From an uncultured Methanospirillum sp. (lineage in GTDB: Archaea > Halobacteriota > Methanomicrobia > Methanomicrobiales > Methanospirillaceae), in contig CAZWTX010000002.1 in assembly GCA_964637135.1 (NCBI GenBank), positions 62,001 to 126,000 of the forward strand: 64,000 bases of DNA, read 5' to 3'. The first letter of the stretch is position 1. Every line of letters begins with the position of its first letter. Below, in pieces: positions 1 to 10,876 of this stretch. Made by a program: the position numbers and the translations under genes. The notes below the pieces were generated by a model. The model saw only the letters and a program-made list of their open reading frames with translations. It was not told where the DNA came from and did not search any database.

Positions 1-254
1 GAGATCTGCGCGATTCCCATCCGCTCCTTCAGATCGATGATCGTGGTGATCTCTCCCCTGAGATCAATGATCCCCCGGATATACGTGGCACTGCCGGGAA
101 GTGGCGTTATCCGGGTATATTCAACGATCTCTTTGACATCAAAGAGGTTGATTGCAAATTGTTCCGTTCCAAGGATGAACTCAACCACCTGGATCTCCTC
201 ACCGGTTGACGAAGATTCCAATGCCGGTTTCTGGAGAGACACTGCCTCTGCCAT
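1..254 (-). CDS. cheW: Chemotaxis coupling protein CheW (3' end runs off the window)
   Basis: Manual translation from ATG at 254: MAEAVSLQKPALESSSTGEEIQVVEFILGTEQFAINLFDVKEIVEYTRITPLPGSATYIRGIIDLRGEITTIIDL, with the CheW 'P....YIRGIIDLRGEI..IIDL' signature. Directly downstream of an MCP. Not in the ORF track. Confidence 0.92.
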   Translation of the reverse strand, partial: MAEAVSLQKPALESSSTGEEIQVVEFILGTEQFAINLFDVKEIVEYTRITPLPGSATYIRGIIDLRGEITTIIDLKERMGIAQI

Positions 255-261
255 CTGCTCA

Positions 262-3084
262 TCACACCCTGAACTTCGCCATTTCTGCCGAGATATTGTC
301 GATAACTTTCACCACGCCGTTCATGATCCGCCCGATCTCATCAATCGAGGCACTTGCCTCTTCTGTGGCCGCAGCAGCATCCCCTGCTTCGTGCGACGTG
401 TTCTGCACGAGGCCGGCAACCTCATGGATACTTGCCGTCACCTCTTCTACCGATGCAGCCTGCTCTTCCGAAGCAGAAGCAACCTCGACGGTATCCTGGT
501 TGATCACTTCTATCGTTGTTGCAATCTGGCCGAACGCGGTCAGGGTCTGTTCAAGAGCCGAACTGCCGGTTTGGACGGCACCGGTTGATTTCCCCATTGC
601 TTCTGTCGCCTGTTTCGCTTTATTCTGGAGTGTTGCTATCATATCCTCAATGTTTTCTGCCGATGTTCGCGAGTCCTGGGCCAGCGACTTGACTTCCGCA
701 GCCACAACCGCAAACCCCCGTCCCGCTTCTCCTGCCCGTGCGGCTTCAATGGCAGCATTAAGGGCGAGGAGATTGGTCTGGCTTGCAATATCTGAAATAA
801 GCCGGAAAATCTTGCCGATCTCACTCATCTGTTCGTTGATCCCGGTTACAATCGCATCAACCTCACTCGTTGAAACCCGGATCTCCCCCATTGCCTTCTC
901 TGACTGTCTGGCAAGCCCGATGCCATCCTTTGCAAGGGTATTTGCCTCGTTTGAAGCAATTGAAACCGATTCGGCCTTGCGCGAGACCGCTCCCACGGTC
1001 TGGTTCAGATCCTCCATCGCCTTGAGAACCTGGGCAATTCCATCCCCTCCAAGCTCGGCATTCTGGCTCACTTTCCCGGCATTCGCTGCGATCTGATGAG
1101 CTCCGGCGAGAACTTCCTCAACGCTGGCATTTGCTTCTTCAGCACTGGAAGCAAGATCAGCAACACTCTGTGTAATCAGGGAGATCGCTTCTGATACGCG
1201 GACTCCAATATCATTCAGGGCTTCTGCGAACGGGATCCAGTCTCCTTTGACCGGGATGGCAGGATCAAACCGGGTGGTGAAGGTGTAATTCGCATAATCC
1301 TTCGCTATTTTCATGGATTCGGTGATTGGGCCGTTTATCGAATCGAGGGTCTGATTCATCCCTTCAATGACTGTCCGGTAATCTCCCCTGTGAACGGAGG
1401 GATCTGACCGGTATCCCAGTTCTCCGGCAATAGCTGCTTTCGCAATCGCCTGGGAATCATTCACCAGCCGTTGAATCGCTGCCCGGGCAGTATCGACTGC
1501 CTCGGCAATCTTCACGAACTGTTCCCTGGCCGATGTCGAGTGTTCATCGGCATCTAGGATCGTGGTCGCAGACGAGGTATCCCCGGCAGCCAGGGAACTG
1601 ATACTTTTTTCGACCTGGTCAACAGACTTTCCAAGGTAGGAGACCATCGACTGGATCGCTGTCATATCTGAGAAGATCTCAAGAAACCGGGTGATGGTCC
1701 CTTTCTTATCAAGGATGGGAATATAAACATACTCCAGATGCCTGATACCTGCAGGGGTATCTGCAATGACTCGCCCATTAACTGGTTTTTTACTCTTCAG
1801 GGCATCACTTACTGTCTGGCCATGCCGTTCAAGAACCTTCAAATCAGTCAGTTTCATCCGGATTCCTTCTTCGTGCGAATATCCAAGGATGTTGCTGAAA
1901 GCAGGATTTACATCGGTGATCTGAAGATCCGGATTCATCGTAAGGATTGCATGGGGGTTCTCCCTGATGAACGTCTCGATCTCTTCCACATACGCTACCT
2001 GGTCGCTCATATCAACGTACATCGCTACCAGGCTGATGACAACCCCGTTCGCATTCTGCACCGGGATATAGGTGAAATCAAGTACCCTTACAGCCCACCC
2101 GAAGTCAACGACGAGCCGGCCTTTGGCGGTTTCTTTCGAGGCGAGGATATCTGCAAGTGGTTTTCCATCTCGTTCCAGGATATTAAACTCTTTCAGACTC
2201 ATATTGAGAAGTTTTTCTTTAGGAATACGTGAGAGAGAAAGAAATGCCGGATTGACCGAGAGGATCTTCCCGGTTGGATCCATCGAAACAATTGAAGCCG
2301 GGTTCTCTGCAATTAAAGAATCGGTTTCACTGATCCGCTGGACAAGTTCAGTCTGATCTGCAAAAACATCGTAGATCCGGATAACATTTCCTTCAGCGTC
2401 GAAGACCGGTATATACGAGTACTCCATACTCTTGATTCCATTCGGAAAATCCACAATGATCTTTCCGGTCATGGTCTTTTTTGTCCGGATGGCATCATCC
2501 ACCGTGGGACCGGTTCGCCTGATGACTTTAAACTCGGTGAGTTGCCTTCCAATCCATTCATCGCGTGAATACCCGGACATGCTGGTGAAGGCCTGATTCA
2601 CATTAGCAATGGTGAAATCCGGGTTGAGATCCATGATAGCATAGGGGTTATTCTCAATGAGGGCTTCATTCTCCTCGACCCTGACCTGCCCGGTCATATC
2701 AGTGATTGTTGTCATCAGACAAGGGGATCCCTCGTATTGCAGGACTGACAGGGTCACCTTTGCCAGAAAGACATTCCCTGAAAGGGTAAGATGATCCCAG
2801 TAGAAGGTTGTCATACCCTCTTGCTGGGCTTTCCGGATGAGTTTATTTGTTTCAGCGGCAGTATCCTTCCCGTTCCGTTGACGGGCGGGTGAAAGGAGAG
2901 ATGGGGGTTTGCCAACGATCTCCGTCTTTTCTACTGCGCCAAATATCTGAAGGGTCTGTTTGTTACAATCGATGAATGTTCCATCCGGACCGATGATCAG
3001 GGTGGCCACCGGTACGGCATCAACGATTGCCTGAAGGGAAGGAGAATCAGTTGTTGTTATTACAGAATGGGATAATCCGGTCAT
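262..3084 (-). CDS. Cytoplasmic methyl-accepting chemotaxis protein with four tandem PAS domains
   Basis: MCP hairpin motif [37 protein letters not shown]. Repeated PAS starts ([67 protein letters not shown]). No obvious TM segment. Confidence 0.95.
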   Translation of the reverse strand: MTGLSHSVITTTDSPSLQAIVDAVPVATLIIGPDGTFIDCNKQTLQIFGAVEKTEIVGKPPSLLSPARQRNGKDTAAETNKLIRKAQQEGMTTFYWDHLTLSGNVFLAKVTLSVLQYEGSPCLMTTITDMTGQVRVEENEALIENNPYAIMDLNPDFTIANVNQAFTSMSGYSRDEWIGRQLTEFKVIRRTGPTVDDAIRTKKTMTGKIIVDFPNGIKSMEYSYIPVFDAEGNVIRIYDVFADQTELVQRISETDSLIAENPASIVSMDPTGKILSVNPAFLSLSRIPKEKLLNMSLKEFNILERDGKPLADILASKETAKGRLVVDFGWAVRVLDFTYIPVQNANGVVISLVAMYVDMSDQVAYVEEIETFIRENPHAILTMNPDLQITDVNPAFSNILGYSHEEGIRMKLTDLKVLERHGQTVSDALKSKKPVNGRVIADTPAGIRHLEYVYIPILDKKGTITRFLEIFSDMTAIQSMVSYLGKSVDQVEKSISSLAAGDTSSATTILDADEHSTSAREQFVKIAEAVDTARAAIQRLVNDSQAIAKAAIAGELGYRSDPSVHRGDYRTVIEGMNQTLDSINGPITESMKIAKDYANYTFTTRFDPAIPVKGDWIPFAEALNDIGVRVSEAISLITQSVADLASSAEEANASVEEVLAGAHQIAANAGKVSQNAELGGDGIAQVLKAMEDLNQTVGAVSRKAESVSIASNEANTLAKDGIGLARQSEKAMGEIRVSTSEVDAIVTGINEQMSEIGKIFRLISDIASQTNLLALNAAIEAARAGEAGRGFAVVAAEVKSLAQDSRTSAENIEDMIATLQNKAKQATEAMGKSTGAVQTGSSALEQTLTAFGQIATTIEVINQDTVEVASASEEQAASVEEVTASIHEVAGLVQNTSHEAGDAAAATEEASASIDEIGRIMNGVVKVIDNISAEMAKFRV

Positions 3085-3455
3085 TGTTCACCATCATCAC
3101 CCCACTTCTCATAACAGTACAAGCGGAGTGGTTCTTCTTGGAGATGTTTTTATTCTATGCCATATATAAGGGAGGAGAATGGCGCCATCACAGAAAAAGG
3201 TATGAATTATGGGTTTTATCAACTCAATATGAGATAATTGAAACTCATCAATTAGTTAATTAGGCACCGTCAGACATCCAATGTCCGGGGAGTTTTCCCT
3301 GATTTTTGATGTATCTACGAAAAATAGAGAGAAAAAATAAACAATACAATTAGGAATCTCAATCCTTTTCACACCGATTCAGATAAAAAAGAACGATTAT
3401 CATAATTTTTTAATCTATGATCCCCCAGGTACAACATTCTTAACAAAAAACTGCC

Positions 3456-4448
3456 ATGCCCGACATTATAACGACCACCAGCCTGACACGGACGTTCGGA
3501 ACCCATACCGCAGTCGATCAGATCTCCCTCGGAATTCGGAGAGGAGAGGTATTCGGGCTGCTCGGACCGAACGGGGCGGGAAAGACCACTCTCCTCTCAA
3601 TGCTCTGCACGATCCTGAAACCTACCTCCGGGACAGCGACGATCAACGGGTATGACATCATCAGGGAACCGGCACGGGTAAGGAGATCGATCGGGATCGT
3701 CTTTCAGGATCCAAGTATCGATACCGACATGACGGCACGGGAGAACCTGCAGATGCATGCCGATCTCTACGGGGTACCGGTCCCGGAACAGGCTGAACGG
3801 ATTCGGGGGGTGCTGAACCTCGTTGGTCTTCTCGACAAGGCAGACGCGTTCATGTACACCTACTCGGGAGGGATGCGGCGACGACTCGAAATCGCCCGGG
3901 GACTTCTTCATTACCCGAAAGTTCTCTTTCTCGACGAACCGACGATCGGACTCGATCCCCGAAGCCGGGAGCATATCTGGGACTATATCAGGACACTCAG
4001 GACCCGCGAGGATATGACCGTCATTCTCACGACGCATTACATGGAGGAGGCTGACCGGCTCTGTGACCGGATCGCGATCATAGACACCGGGAGGATCGTG
4101 ATCCTCGATGAACCATCAGCCCTGAAAAGAGGAATTGGCGGGGACCGGATTGTCCTTAAAACAGATGAGCCGCAGCGGCTCCACGACCTATTAATGCAGG
4201 AGAAGATCTCATCTGAACTCCGGAGTGAGGAGAATGAAGTGCAGGCAACGGTTACCGGAGGGGAGCAGGTGATTCCCCGGATCATGGAATCTGCCGTGCG
4301 TGCCGGTCTTCGAATCACTTCAGTTGCCGTCATCCACCCGGACATGAACGATGTCTTCATTCACTACACGGGAAAGACCCTGGCAAACGGGGAGGTCAGG
4401 GAACGGACGGGCCGCGTTGCGATGATGAAACGAAGGAGGGGACGATGA
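3456..4448 (+). CDS. ABC-2/DrrA-family exporter ATP-binding subunit
   Basis: Walker A GPNGAGKTT, signature YSGGMRRRLEIARG, Walker B LFLDEPT, H-loop TTHYMEEA. Confidence 0.93.
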   Translation: MPDIITTTSLTRTFGTHTAVDQISLGIRRGEVFGLLGPNGAGKTTLLSMLCTILKPTSGTATINGYDIIREPARVRRSIGIVFQDPSIDTDMTARENLQMHADLYGVPVPEQAERIRGVLNLVGLLDKADAFMYTYSGGMRRRLEIARGLLHYPKVLFLDEPTIGLDPRSREHIWDYIRTLRTREDMTVILTTHYMEEADRLCDRIAIIDTGRIVILDEPSALKRGIGGDRIVLKTDEPQRLHDLLMQEKISSELRSEENEVQATVTGGEQVIPRIMESAVRAGLRITSVAVIHPDMNDVFIHYTGKTLANGEVRERTGRVAMMKRRRGR

Positions 4449-5200
4449 GTGAACTGCGTGGTATCTATACCCTCTGGCTCCGTGAGGTGAAGAAGTTCCT
4501 GCGGGAAAAACCCCGGCTGATCAACGCATTCTGCCAGCCATTGCTCTGGTTGTTCATCTTTGGAACAGGGATGCGGTTCTCTGCCGGAATGCCGGGGATT
4601 AATTACCAGGAGTTCATATTTCCCGGGCTCATCATCCAGGCGATGCTTTTTACCTCGATGTTCATGGGTGTCTCTGTCATCTGGGACCGGGAGTTCGGAT
4701 TTCTGAAGGAGATCCTCGTCTCCCCGATCTCCCGGCCGGCGGTCTTTCTTGGCAAGATGTTCGGGGTGAGTACCGATGTCATGCTCCAGGGGGTGATCAT
4801 TCTCCCGTTTGCTTTCCTGATCGGGACACCGATGAATCTGTTCATTGTCATCCAGGCTCTACCGATCATGCTTCTCGTCACCTTCGGCCTTGTCTGCATC
4901 GGGCTTACCTTTGCCAGCCTGATGAAGAGTTTCGAGGGATTCGGCCTTATCCAGACCTTTATTAACCTGCCGCTCTTCTTCCTCTCCGGTGCACTCTTCC
5001 CTCTTTCGAACGTCCCGGTCTGGCTGCAGTGGGCGAGTTATCTCAATCCCCTGACCTACGGGGTTGATGCCCTCCGGACCGTGATGATGGGGGAGTCATG
5101 GGTGCAACTCTTCCCGATGAGCCTGAACCTTTTGGTCCTTATCAGTTTTGACCTCGTGATGTTCATTATCGGGACTGCGGCATTCAGCCGGACGGAGTGA
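4445..5200 (+). CDS. ABC-2 type exporter permease (DrrB-like)
   Basis: Hydrophobic; WDREFGFLKEILVSP and FLSGALFP..NPLTYGVDALR motifs; ATGA overlap with the ATPase. Confidence 0.92.
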   Translation: MSELRGIYTLWLREVKKFLREKPRLINAFCQPLLWLFIFGTGMRFSAGMPGINYQEFIFPGLIIQAMLFTSMFMGVSVIWDREFGFLKEILVSPISRPAVFLGKMFGVSTDVMLQGVIILPFAFLIGTPMNLFIVIQALPIMLLVTFGLVCIGLTFASLMKSFEGFGLIQTFINLPLFFLSGALFPLSNVPVWLQWASYLNPLTYGVDALRTVMMGESWVQLFPMSLNLLVLISFDLVMFIIGTAAFSRTE

Positions 5201-5567
5201 TGAGTGAGAACGAATTATCATTTCTGCCTCTCCGGGAAGACAATAGAAAACGGGAATTCATGAAATACACATCGGAGAGGTCAGGATCAGGGGAGGAAAC
5301 CCCCCGGCACCCTGGTGGAGAAGAGATCCAGATTCCTCTTCATGGATATTCTCATGCCATCTCACCCATCCGCCGTATTATCATCCTGCAGATGCGGAAT
5401 TCGGGTAGTATGACCCGTCCAAGCAGTAGAACGGAATTTATAAAGAGCACCGACAGGTGCAGTCAGGATTCCCCGGTATGGGAATGAGAGACCTGCTCCC
5501 GGTCATCCCTGAGGGGGTTCATACCATACTTCGGGCATAAGACTGGCTGGCGCCGTGATAAAAAAGG

Positions 5568-5993
5568 TTATTCCGTTTTTTCCCGCCGGAAGGTATCAAT
5601 TGCCGCTGAAGCATCCTCACCGGTTTCCAGGTAAATGAACTCAAGGGTATCCGGATCAAGAATCTGTCCGATGATCAGCCCGTCATTATACTCGGAGATA
5701 TAGAGGGACTTCATATCCGATCCGATGACACCGGAGAAACCAATGATACCGTTCCTGTCAGGATCAGCGATATTGGTGAACTGAATCGTTCCGTTAAAAG
5801 CCCGATCCCGCTGGTCTGATACCGCGAGAACAAATTCCCAACTCGATGGTCCGTCAAATCCATCAACACGGTCATGACCTGTCGAGGTTCCGGTCCAGGT
5901 TCCTACCAGATCCAGTACTCCTGTTGTCTGACCGAACGTGATCGGTATGGTCATCATCAGGAGCAGTACTGCCAGAATGAAGATTCGATTCAT
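5568..5993 (-). CDS. Secreted hypothetical protein (about 141 aa, predicted beta-rich)
   Basis: Start taken at MNRIFILAVLLLMMTIPITFG (signal-peptide-like), followed by DLVGTWTG. Same strand and downstream of two binding-protein genes. Confidence 0.7.
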   Translation of the reverse strand: MNRIFILAVLLLMMTIPITFGQTTGVLDLVGTWTGTSTGHDRVDGFDGPSSWEFVLAVSDQRDRAFNGTIQFTNIADPDRNGIIGFSGVIGSDMKSLYISEYNDGLIIGQILDPDTLEFIYLETGEDASAAIDTFRREKTE

Positions 5994-6152
5994 AGGTATT
6001 GTGAGTGGTGAGATTGCCGGGGAAATATCTCTGTCGCCTTGGAGGAGCTGGCCTGAAAGATTCACCAGATCCCGATCTTCTCTCAAAAGAAAATGATTAT
6101 TATATCATGAAAAAGTCCCCGTGAAACCCATCTTCATGATAATATGATGAAA

Positions 6153-7259
6153 TCAGGTCAATATAGGATACAGGAAGAGATCCTGTGAGATATCCTCGTT
6201 CGAACCCATGAACTTGTCAATGTACTCCTGATGAATCGCCATTGGATCAAAGTCGGTAAAGAGGTCAGGATGGAAGACCGGGGCAAGATAAATGGCACCA
6301 AGCCAGGTATCGCCGGAGAGGACGCTCATCGGGAGCCCGTAAATCTTGTTGTTCTTCACCGCATCGACATTCTCAAATCCGGGGATCTCTTTCAGGGAGG
6401 CGATCTTCTTCTCCATCGTGGAGGGATCGGTGACACCATACCCGCTCTCATGGTCCATCTCTTCAAAGACGATGTAAGCCGGGTCGTCCTTGATGACCGC
6501 TTCGAGATCGATCTCTGCCCAGTCCTCGTTGAGCTCCGAATTCATGTCGGTGCTTCCGGCAAACCCGAGCACATAGTGGAACCGGTTCTTTGCGCCGGAA
6601 CCAAAGATGCTGTTGTCCTTCCACTTGTAGGTGTACAGAGCCAGCGGCTTTTCATCATCTGTAAGATTTGAAACCCGTTCGCTGATGATATCAAGGTAAT
6701 GTTTCTTCCAATCGGCAAATGCGTCGGCCTTCTCCCGTTCCCCGACAATAGATCCGAGAACGCGGGTATTCTCAATCGTCGGTTCGAATCCTTCTTCCGG
6801 GGTCGGGAAGAGCGAGATAGAGACAACCGTCAGACCGGCTGCTTCCATCTTTCCAAGCTCCTCACCCGGGTAACTCCCAACATCAAAGACAACATCAGGA
6901 TTCAATTCCAGGATTTGTTCGATATCCAGTTCATCTCTCGTTCCGATGATCGTCTTCTGATCAATGCTTGGAAAGAGCACTTTTTCTTTTGCCGTATCAG
7001 TATCGATACCGACGATATTATCATACAGGCCCATCGCCTGGAGGGCGGAGGTCATCTGCTGGTGGGCATCGATGACGACAATGCGTTCTACCGGCTGCTT
7101 GATCGTAACCTCACGGTCGGAAAAATCCATGATGGAGACTGAATCAGGCGATTCGCTCGTCACCGTCATGATAGGAGTTGCTGTTCCCATCGCTATGCAG
7201 AGCATGAGCAGGATAAGCATGGCACATCCAGTTCGGACACACGTAATAAAACGCATCAT
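6153..7259 (-). CDS. Class III (Fe-siderophore/cobalamin-type, helical backbone) ABC substrate-binding protein
   Basis: Signal peptide; REVTIKQPVERIVV, DIEQILELNPDVV, DAVKNNKIY and YLAPVFHPDLF motifs. Confidence 0.9.
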   Translation of the reverse strand: MMRFITCVRTGCAMLILLMLCIAMGTATPIMTVTSESPDSVSIMDFSDREVTIKQPVERIVVIDAHQQMTSALQAMGLYDNIVGIDTDTAKEKVLFPSIDQKTIIGTRDELDIEQILELNPDVVFDVGSYPGEELGKMEAAGLTVVSISLFPTPEEGFEPTIENTRVLGSIVGEREKADAFADWKKHYLDIISERVSNLTDDEKPLALYTYKWKDNSIFGSGAKNRFHYVLGFAGSTDMNSELNEDWAEIDLEAVIKDDPAYIVFEEMDHESGYGVTDPSTMEKKIASLKEIPGFENVDAVKNNKIYGLPMSVLSGDTWLGAIYLAPVFHPDLFTDFDPMAIHQEYIDKFMGSNEDISQDLFLYPILT

Positions 7260-7566
7260 TAGATATCAACCATACGTATGATTAAATTTTTGAAATTTCA
7301 CATATCGTCCGAATAATTAATTTCGTTTTTTTCACAACCAACCATATAATAATACAGAATCTAATCTTCCAGCGTTTAATAGTTAAAAAAATTCACCCCT
7401 AATTTATATGCAGAATTATTAGAGACAAAGATTTAGTGCAATTCAGAGGGACCGCCTTCAACTCAACAGCCAGAAACTATCTAGCCCAGAAGGCTAATTA
7501 TATACAATTTCATAAAAATTTGTGCTAAAAATGAATTATGAATATCCGATCCAAACTCTACATGCA

Positions 7567-7600
7567 CCCAAGAGAAAAGGATCCCAAGAGAAAAGGATCC
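7567..7600. repeat. 16-bp tandem duplication (CCCAAGAGAAAAGGAT x2)
   Basis: Read directly: 7567-7582 and 7583-7598 are identical. Confidence 0.85.
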
Positions 7601-7625
7601 AAATTCGTTTAGAAAAAAGAGACCC

Positions 7626-8783
7626 TCATTGAGGGGGATACACAAAGATACCGTCCTTTTTTACATCAAAGTCAATTCCCAGGAATTTTTTCAGATACTC
7701 CTGGTGAATGGCATCGGGATTGAAATCTGCGAAGAGTTCGGGATGGATCAGGGGAGCAACATAGATCGTTCCAAGCCAGGTGTTTCCTGATAGCAGGCTT
7801 TTTGGAATACCATAAATCTGGTTCTTCTTCACGGCGTCGATGGTGTTAAAGCCGGGGATCTCTTTCATCCGTTCAATATCTCCGGCAATGATCGTTGGAT
7901 CGGTTACTCCATATCCAGAGGCATTGTAGTCGGTCTCATCGAAGATGATATACTCCGGGTTCTCCTTGATTGCAAACTCCGGATCTACGGTAATCCAGTT
8001 TCCATCCATCTGGTCGCCAAGATGGTTTGCTCCAACGAAATTAAGAACGTATGAAAACCGGTTATCCTTTCCGACGCTGTTGAGATTCACTGCATCCCAT
8101 TTGTAAATCAGCAGGGTTTTCGGTCGATCTTCGGCCGGAATTGAGGCAACGTTATTCTCTATCTCGTCAAGATATCCGGAGAGCCAGGAGACATATTCAC
8201 GACCCTTCTCCTTTGCACCCACCAGTGTCGCGATAACCTGGGCATTCTCAGTCGTTGGGTCAAACCCTTCAGCAGGCGTCGGCCATAACGAAGCGGTTAC
8301 AACGGTCAGGTGGGCATCTTCAAGTTTTTTAAGCAGTTCCTCATCGATATCTCCGGCGAGAACGAGATCAGGCTTCAGGCCGACAATCATCTCAATATCC
8401 GGTTCATCAGACGGACCGATCATCTCCTTCTTCCCGATATCCGGGAAGAGGATCTTCTCTTTAGCGGTCTCCTGGTCAATACCGATGATCTTGTCGTACT
8501 CGCCAAAAGCAGAGAGGGCATGGGTCATCTGCTGGTGGTTATCGAGGATGACAATCTTTCCGACTGGTTGGGCCACCGTAACTTCCCTTCCTTTAAGGTC
8601 GAGAACCGTTATTGCATCCGGATTTTCAGAGATAATTTTCATTACCGGAGCAGCCGATGTGGCTGTACACAGAAGGGCGAGAATACCGATGAGTATCAAT
8701 ATCCGGTATACCCCGCCGGTTTTCAAAAATTCAGCCCGAAATACAGAACGAGATGATTGCATATCAATATTATGATTCTTCAT
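7626..8783 (-). CDS. Class III ABC substrate-binding protein, tandem paralogue of 6153..7259
   Basis: REVTVAQPVGKIVI, DIEMIVGLKPDLV, DAVKKNQIY and HPELF motifs. True start may be downstream of the ORF start. Confidence 0.9.
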   Translation of the reverse strand: MKNHNIDMQSSRSVFRAEFLKTGGVYRILILIGILALLCTATSAAPVMKIISENPDAITVLDLKGREVTVAQPVGKIVILDNHQQMTHALSAFGEYDKIIGIDQETAKEKILFPDIGKKEMIGPSDEPDIEMIVGLKPDLVLAGDIDEELLKKLEDAHLTVVTASLWPTPAEGFDPTTENAQVIATLVGAKEKGREYVSWLSGYLDEIENNVASIPAEDRPKTLLIYKWDAVNLNSVGKDNRFSYVLNFVGANHLGDQMDGNWITVDPEFAIKENPEYIIFDETDYNASGYGVTDPTIIAGDIERMKEIPGFNTIDAVKKNQIYGIPKSLLSGNTWLGTIYVAPLIHPELFADFNPDAIHQEYLKKFLGIDFDVKKDGIFVYPPQ

Positions 8784-8850
8784 ATGTAAAATGAATTTTT
8801 ATTTTCTTGTAATAATTGGTATGATATAATTGGAGATCGTACCCTTATCT

Positions 8851-9597
8851 ATGCAAAATTCACCTGCTTATAACGATCAGAGATACAAAGATGAGATAGC
8901 AGATTACTGGAATGAACGAAGCGTAACCTTTGACGAAGAGATCGGACATGGTGGTGCAGACCGGGCGGAATGTCTTCTCTGGAAGCTCCATTTCAGGGAA
9001 ATTATTGGAGAAGAACCATTGAAGATCCTTGATGTCGGAACTGGAACCGGATTTATCGGTCTGCTCCTCGCAGAACTCGGACATGAGATTACCGGGATCG
9101 ATCTTGGTGAGAAGATGCTGGAAAAAGCCAGGGCAAAAGCCGAAAAAACGGATCTGTCTGCCACGTTTCTGATCGGTGATGCTGAACGCCCGGATTTTCC
9201 GGCCGATTCCTTTGATATTATCATCTGTCGCCATGTCTACTGGACCCTCCTCGAGCCGGAAAAAACCCTTCGTTCATGGAGAGAGATTCTTCGTTCTTCC
9301 GGACGGGTAGTACTAATTGATGGGAAGAAGAATCCTCCGACCGGGGATAAACCAAAGGTCTACACCAATGTTCATGGGGGGAAGGTCTATTCAGATGAAC
9401 TGGTGGAGAAGGTCCAGGGTGTGGATGTGACCATTGCAGAGATCAGCGAGAATCTTTCCCGTTCCGGTTTTATCAATATCCGGACCGTTTCACTCGATGA
9501 TATCGCGACGTATCATTCGGAGCAGACAAAGAAGAGATCCGGGGAGAAGAGTCAGGGCGGAGAAGTCAATGTGGTGATTGCCGAGGCAGGGAAATAA
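8851..9597 (+). CDS. Class I SAM-dependent methyltransferase (UbiE/Methyltransf_11-like)
   Basis: ILDVGTGTG motif I, GIDL..ML, SFDIIICRHVYWTL. Confidence 0.9.
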   Translation: MQNSPAYNDQRYKDEIADYWNERSVTFDEEIGHGGADRAECLLWKLHFREIIGEEPLKILDVGTGTGFIGLLLAELGHEITGIDLGEKMLEKARAKAEKTDLSATFLIGDAERPDFPADSFDIIICRHVYWTLLEPEKTLRSWREILRSSGRVVLIDGKKNPPTGDKPKVYTNVHGGKVYSDELVEKVQGVDVTIAEISENLSRSGFINIRTVSLDDIATYHSEQTKKRSGEKSQGGEVNVVIAEAGK

Positions 9598-9949
9598 TTC
9601 CGACGGTCTTTCGTAGTTACGGATCTTTTCACGGTTACCATAACGAAATCCTTCCTGATCTCATTTTCAACTTTTTTACCGGTATTTCTCTTAAAATCAG
9701 GTTTCGTTCTAACCTACGCGGTCATTTTATTCACTGAGATATATAGCATAATGCAATATATAAAAAATATGTTCCTTCAGTATTAATGGTCGAAAATCGC
9801 ATAAAACATCAATATAACCGGGATTCCCTGGAGAAACCGAGAATTACATAAACTACTAATTACCTGGTGACTCTCTCACCTTTCCATCATATACTGAGTA
9901 AGAAATCTCAACTTTTTTAATTCATGCTACCAATATCCAATCAGGTATT

Positions 9950-10876
9950 ATGCTCTCCATCTCTTCACTTCAGACCTCCTTTGCCTCACGAGACGGGGCG
10001 GTGAAAGCGGTTGATTCAGTCGATCTGACCCTGAAGTCCGGTGAAAAAATAGGCCTTATCGGCGAGACCGGATGCGGAAAAACGGTTCTTGGGATGTCGG
10101 TCGTACGACTCCTGCCTCCTTCGGCAACGACTACCGGGACGATCACCTACCAGGGCAGATCGCTCTTTGGGTACTCTGAAAAAGAGATGCAGAAGGTACG
10201 GGGATCAGAGATCTCATTCATCCTCCAGAATCCGACAACCTCGTTAAACCCGCTGATCCGGGTCGGAGACCAGGTTGCAGAACGCCTCCGGGAGTATCAG
10301 GGATATTCCGGCAGCAGGGCATACCGGGAGGCCATCCGACTGATGCGTTCAGTAAACTTTCCGGATGCAGAAAAGAGGGGGACGCAGTATCCGCACGAAC
10401 TCTCCGGCGGGATGAGACAGAAGGTGATGATCGCGATGGGGATTGCCGGGGATCCGTCGCTCATCATCGCCGATGAGCCGACAAAAGCCCTCGACAAACG
10501 TAACAAGGCGGAAATACTCGGTATCCTGAACACCATCGCGGGGGACCGGTCCATGATCATGATCACCCACGATCTGACCGCGGCCGGGGAGGTTTGTGAC
10601 CGGATTGCGGTCATGTACGCCGGAGAACTTGTCGAGGAAGGTCCGGCAGAAGAGGTTCTCACGAGCCCTTCCCACCCCTACACCCGGGCATTCATTGCAG
10701 CCCATCCGAAAAAAGGGTGCAGACCGATCCCGGGATCAAGTCCGTCGCTCATATCTCCACCCTCCGGATGCCGGTTCCATCCCCGCTGTCCGGATGCATC
10801 GCCTGAATGCAGTCATAAACATCCGTTCATGAATCCGGCCGGTGATGAGAGGAGTATCAGATGCCACTGCCATTAA
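9950..10876 (+). CDS. Nickel/peptide ABC importer ATPase (DppD/NikD-like) with C-terminal Cys-rich domain
   Basis: GETGCGKT, YPHELSGGMRQ, IIADEPT, HPYT, CRFHPRC. Confidence 0.92.
   Translation: MLSISSLQTSFASRDGAVKAVDSVDLTLKSGEKIGLIGETGCGKTVLGMSVVRLLPPSATTTGTITYQGRSLFGYSEKEMQKVRGSEISFILQNPTTSLNPLIRVGDQVAERLREYQGYSGSRAYREAIRLMRSVNFPDAEKRGTQYPHELSGGMRQKVMIAMGIAGDPSLIIADEPTKALDKRNKAEILGILNTIAGDRSMIMITHDLTAAGEVCDRIAVMYAGELVEEGPAEEVLTSPSHPYTRAFIAAHPKKGCRPIPGSSPSLISPPSGCRFHPRCPDASPECSHKHPFMNPAGDERSIRCHCH

Noticed and set aside
37..2356. Long plus-strand ORFs (37..588, 206..1096, 1738..2232) and similar antisense ORFs throughout the window
   Set aside because: Shadows of well-supported genes on the opposite strand with no recognisable motifs.
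5197..5487. 96-aa ORF after the ABC-2 permease
   Set aside because: No recognisable family or motif; cannot be supported beyond its position.
7276..7303. GTATGA-N16-TCACAT resembling the E. coli NikR box
   Set aside because: Right half has two mismatches and the site does not fit the local TAC/GTA core in very AT-rich DNA; left out of the motif set pending a statistical test.
7567..7600. 16-bp tandem repeat as CRISPR or insertion scar
   Set aside because: Only two adjacent copies, no spacers, no cas or transposase nearby; likely replication slippage.
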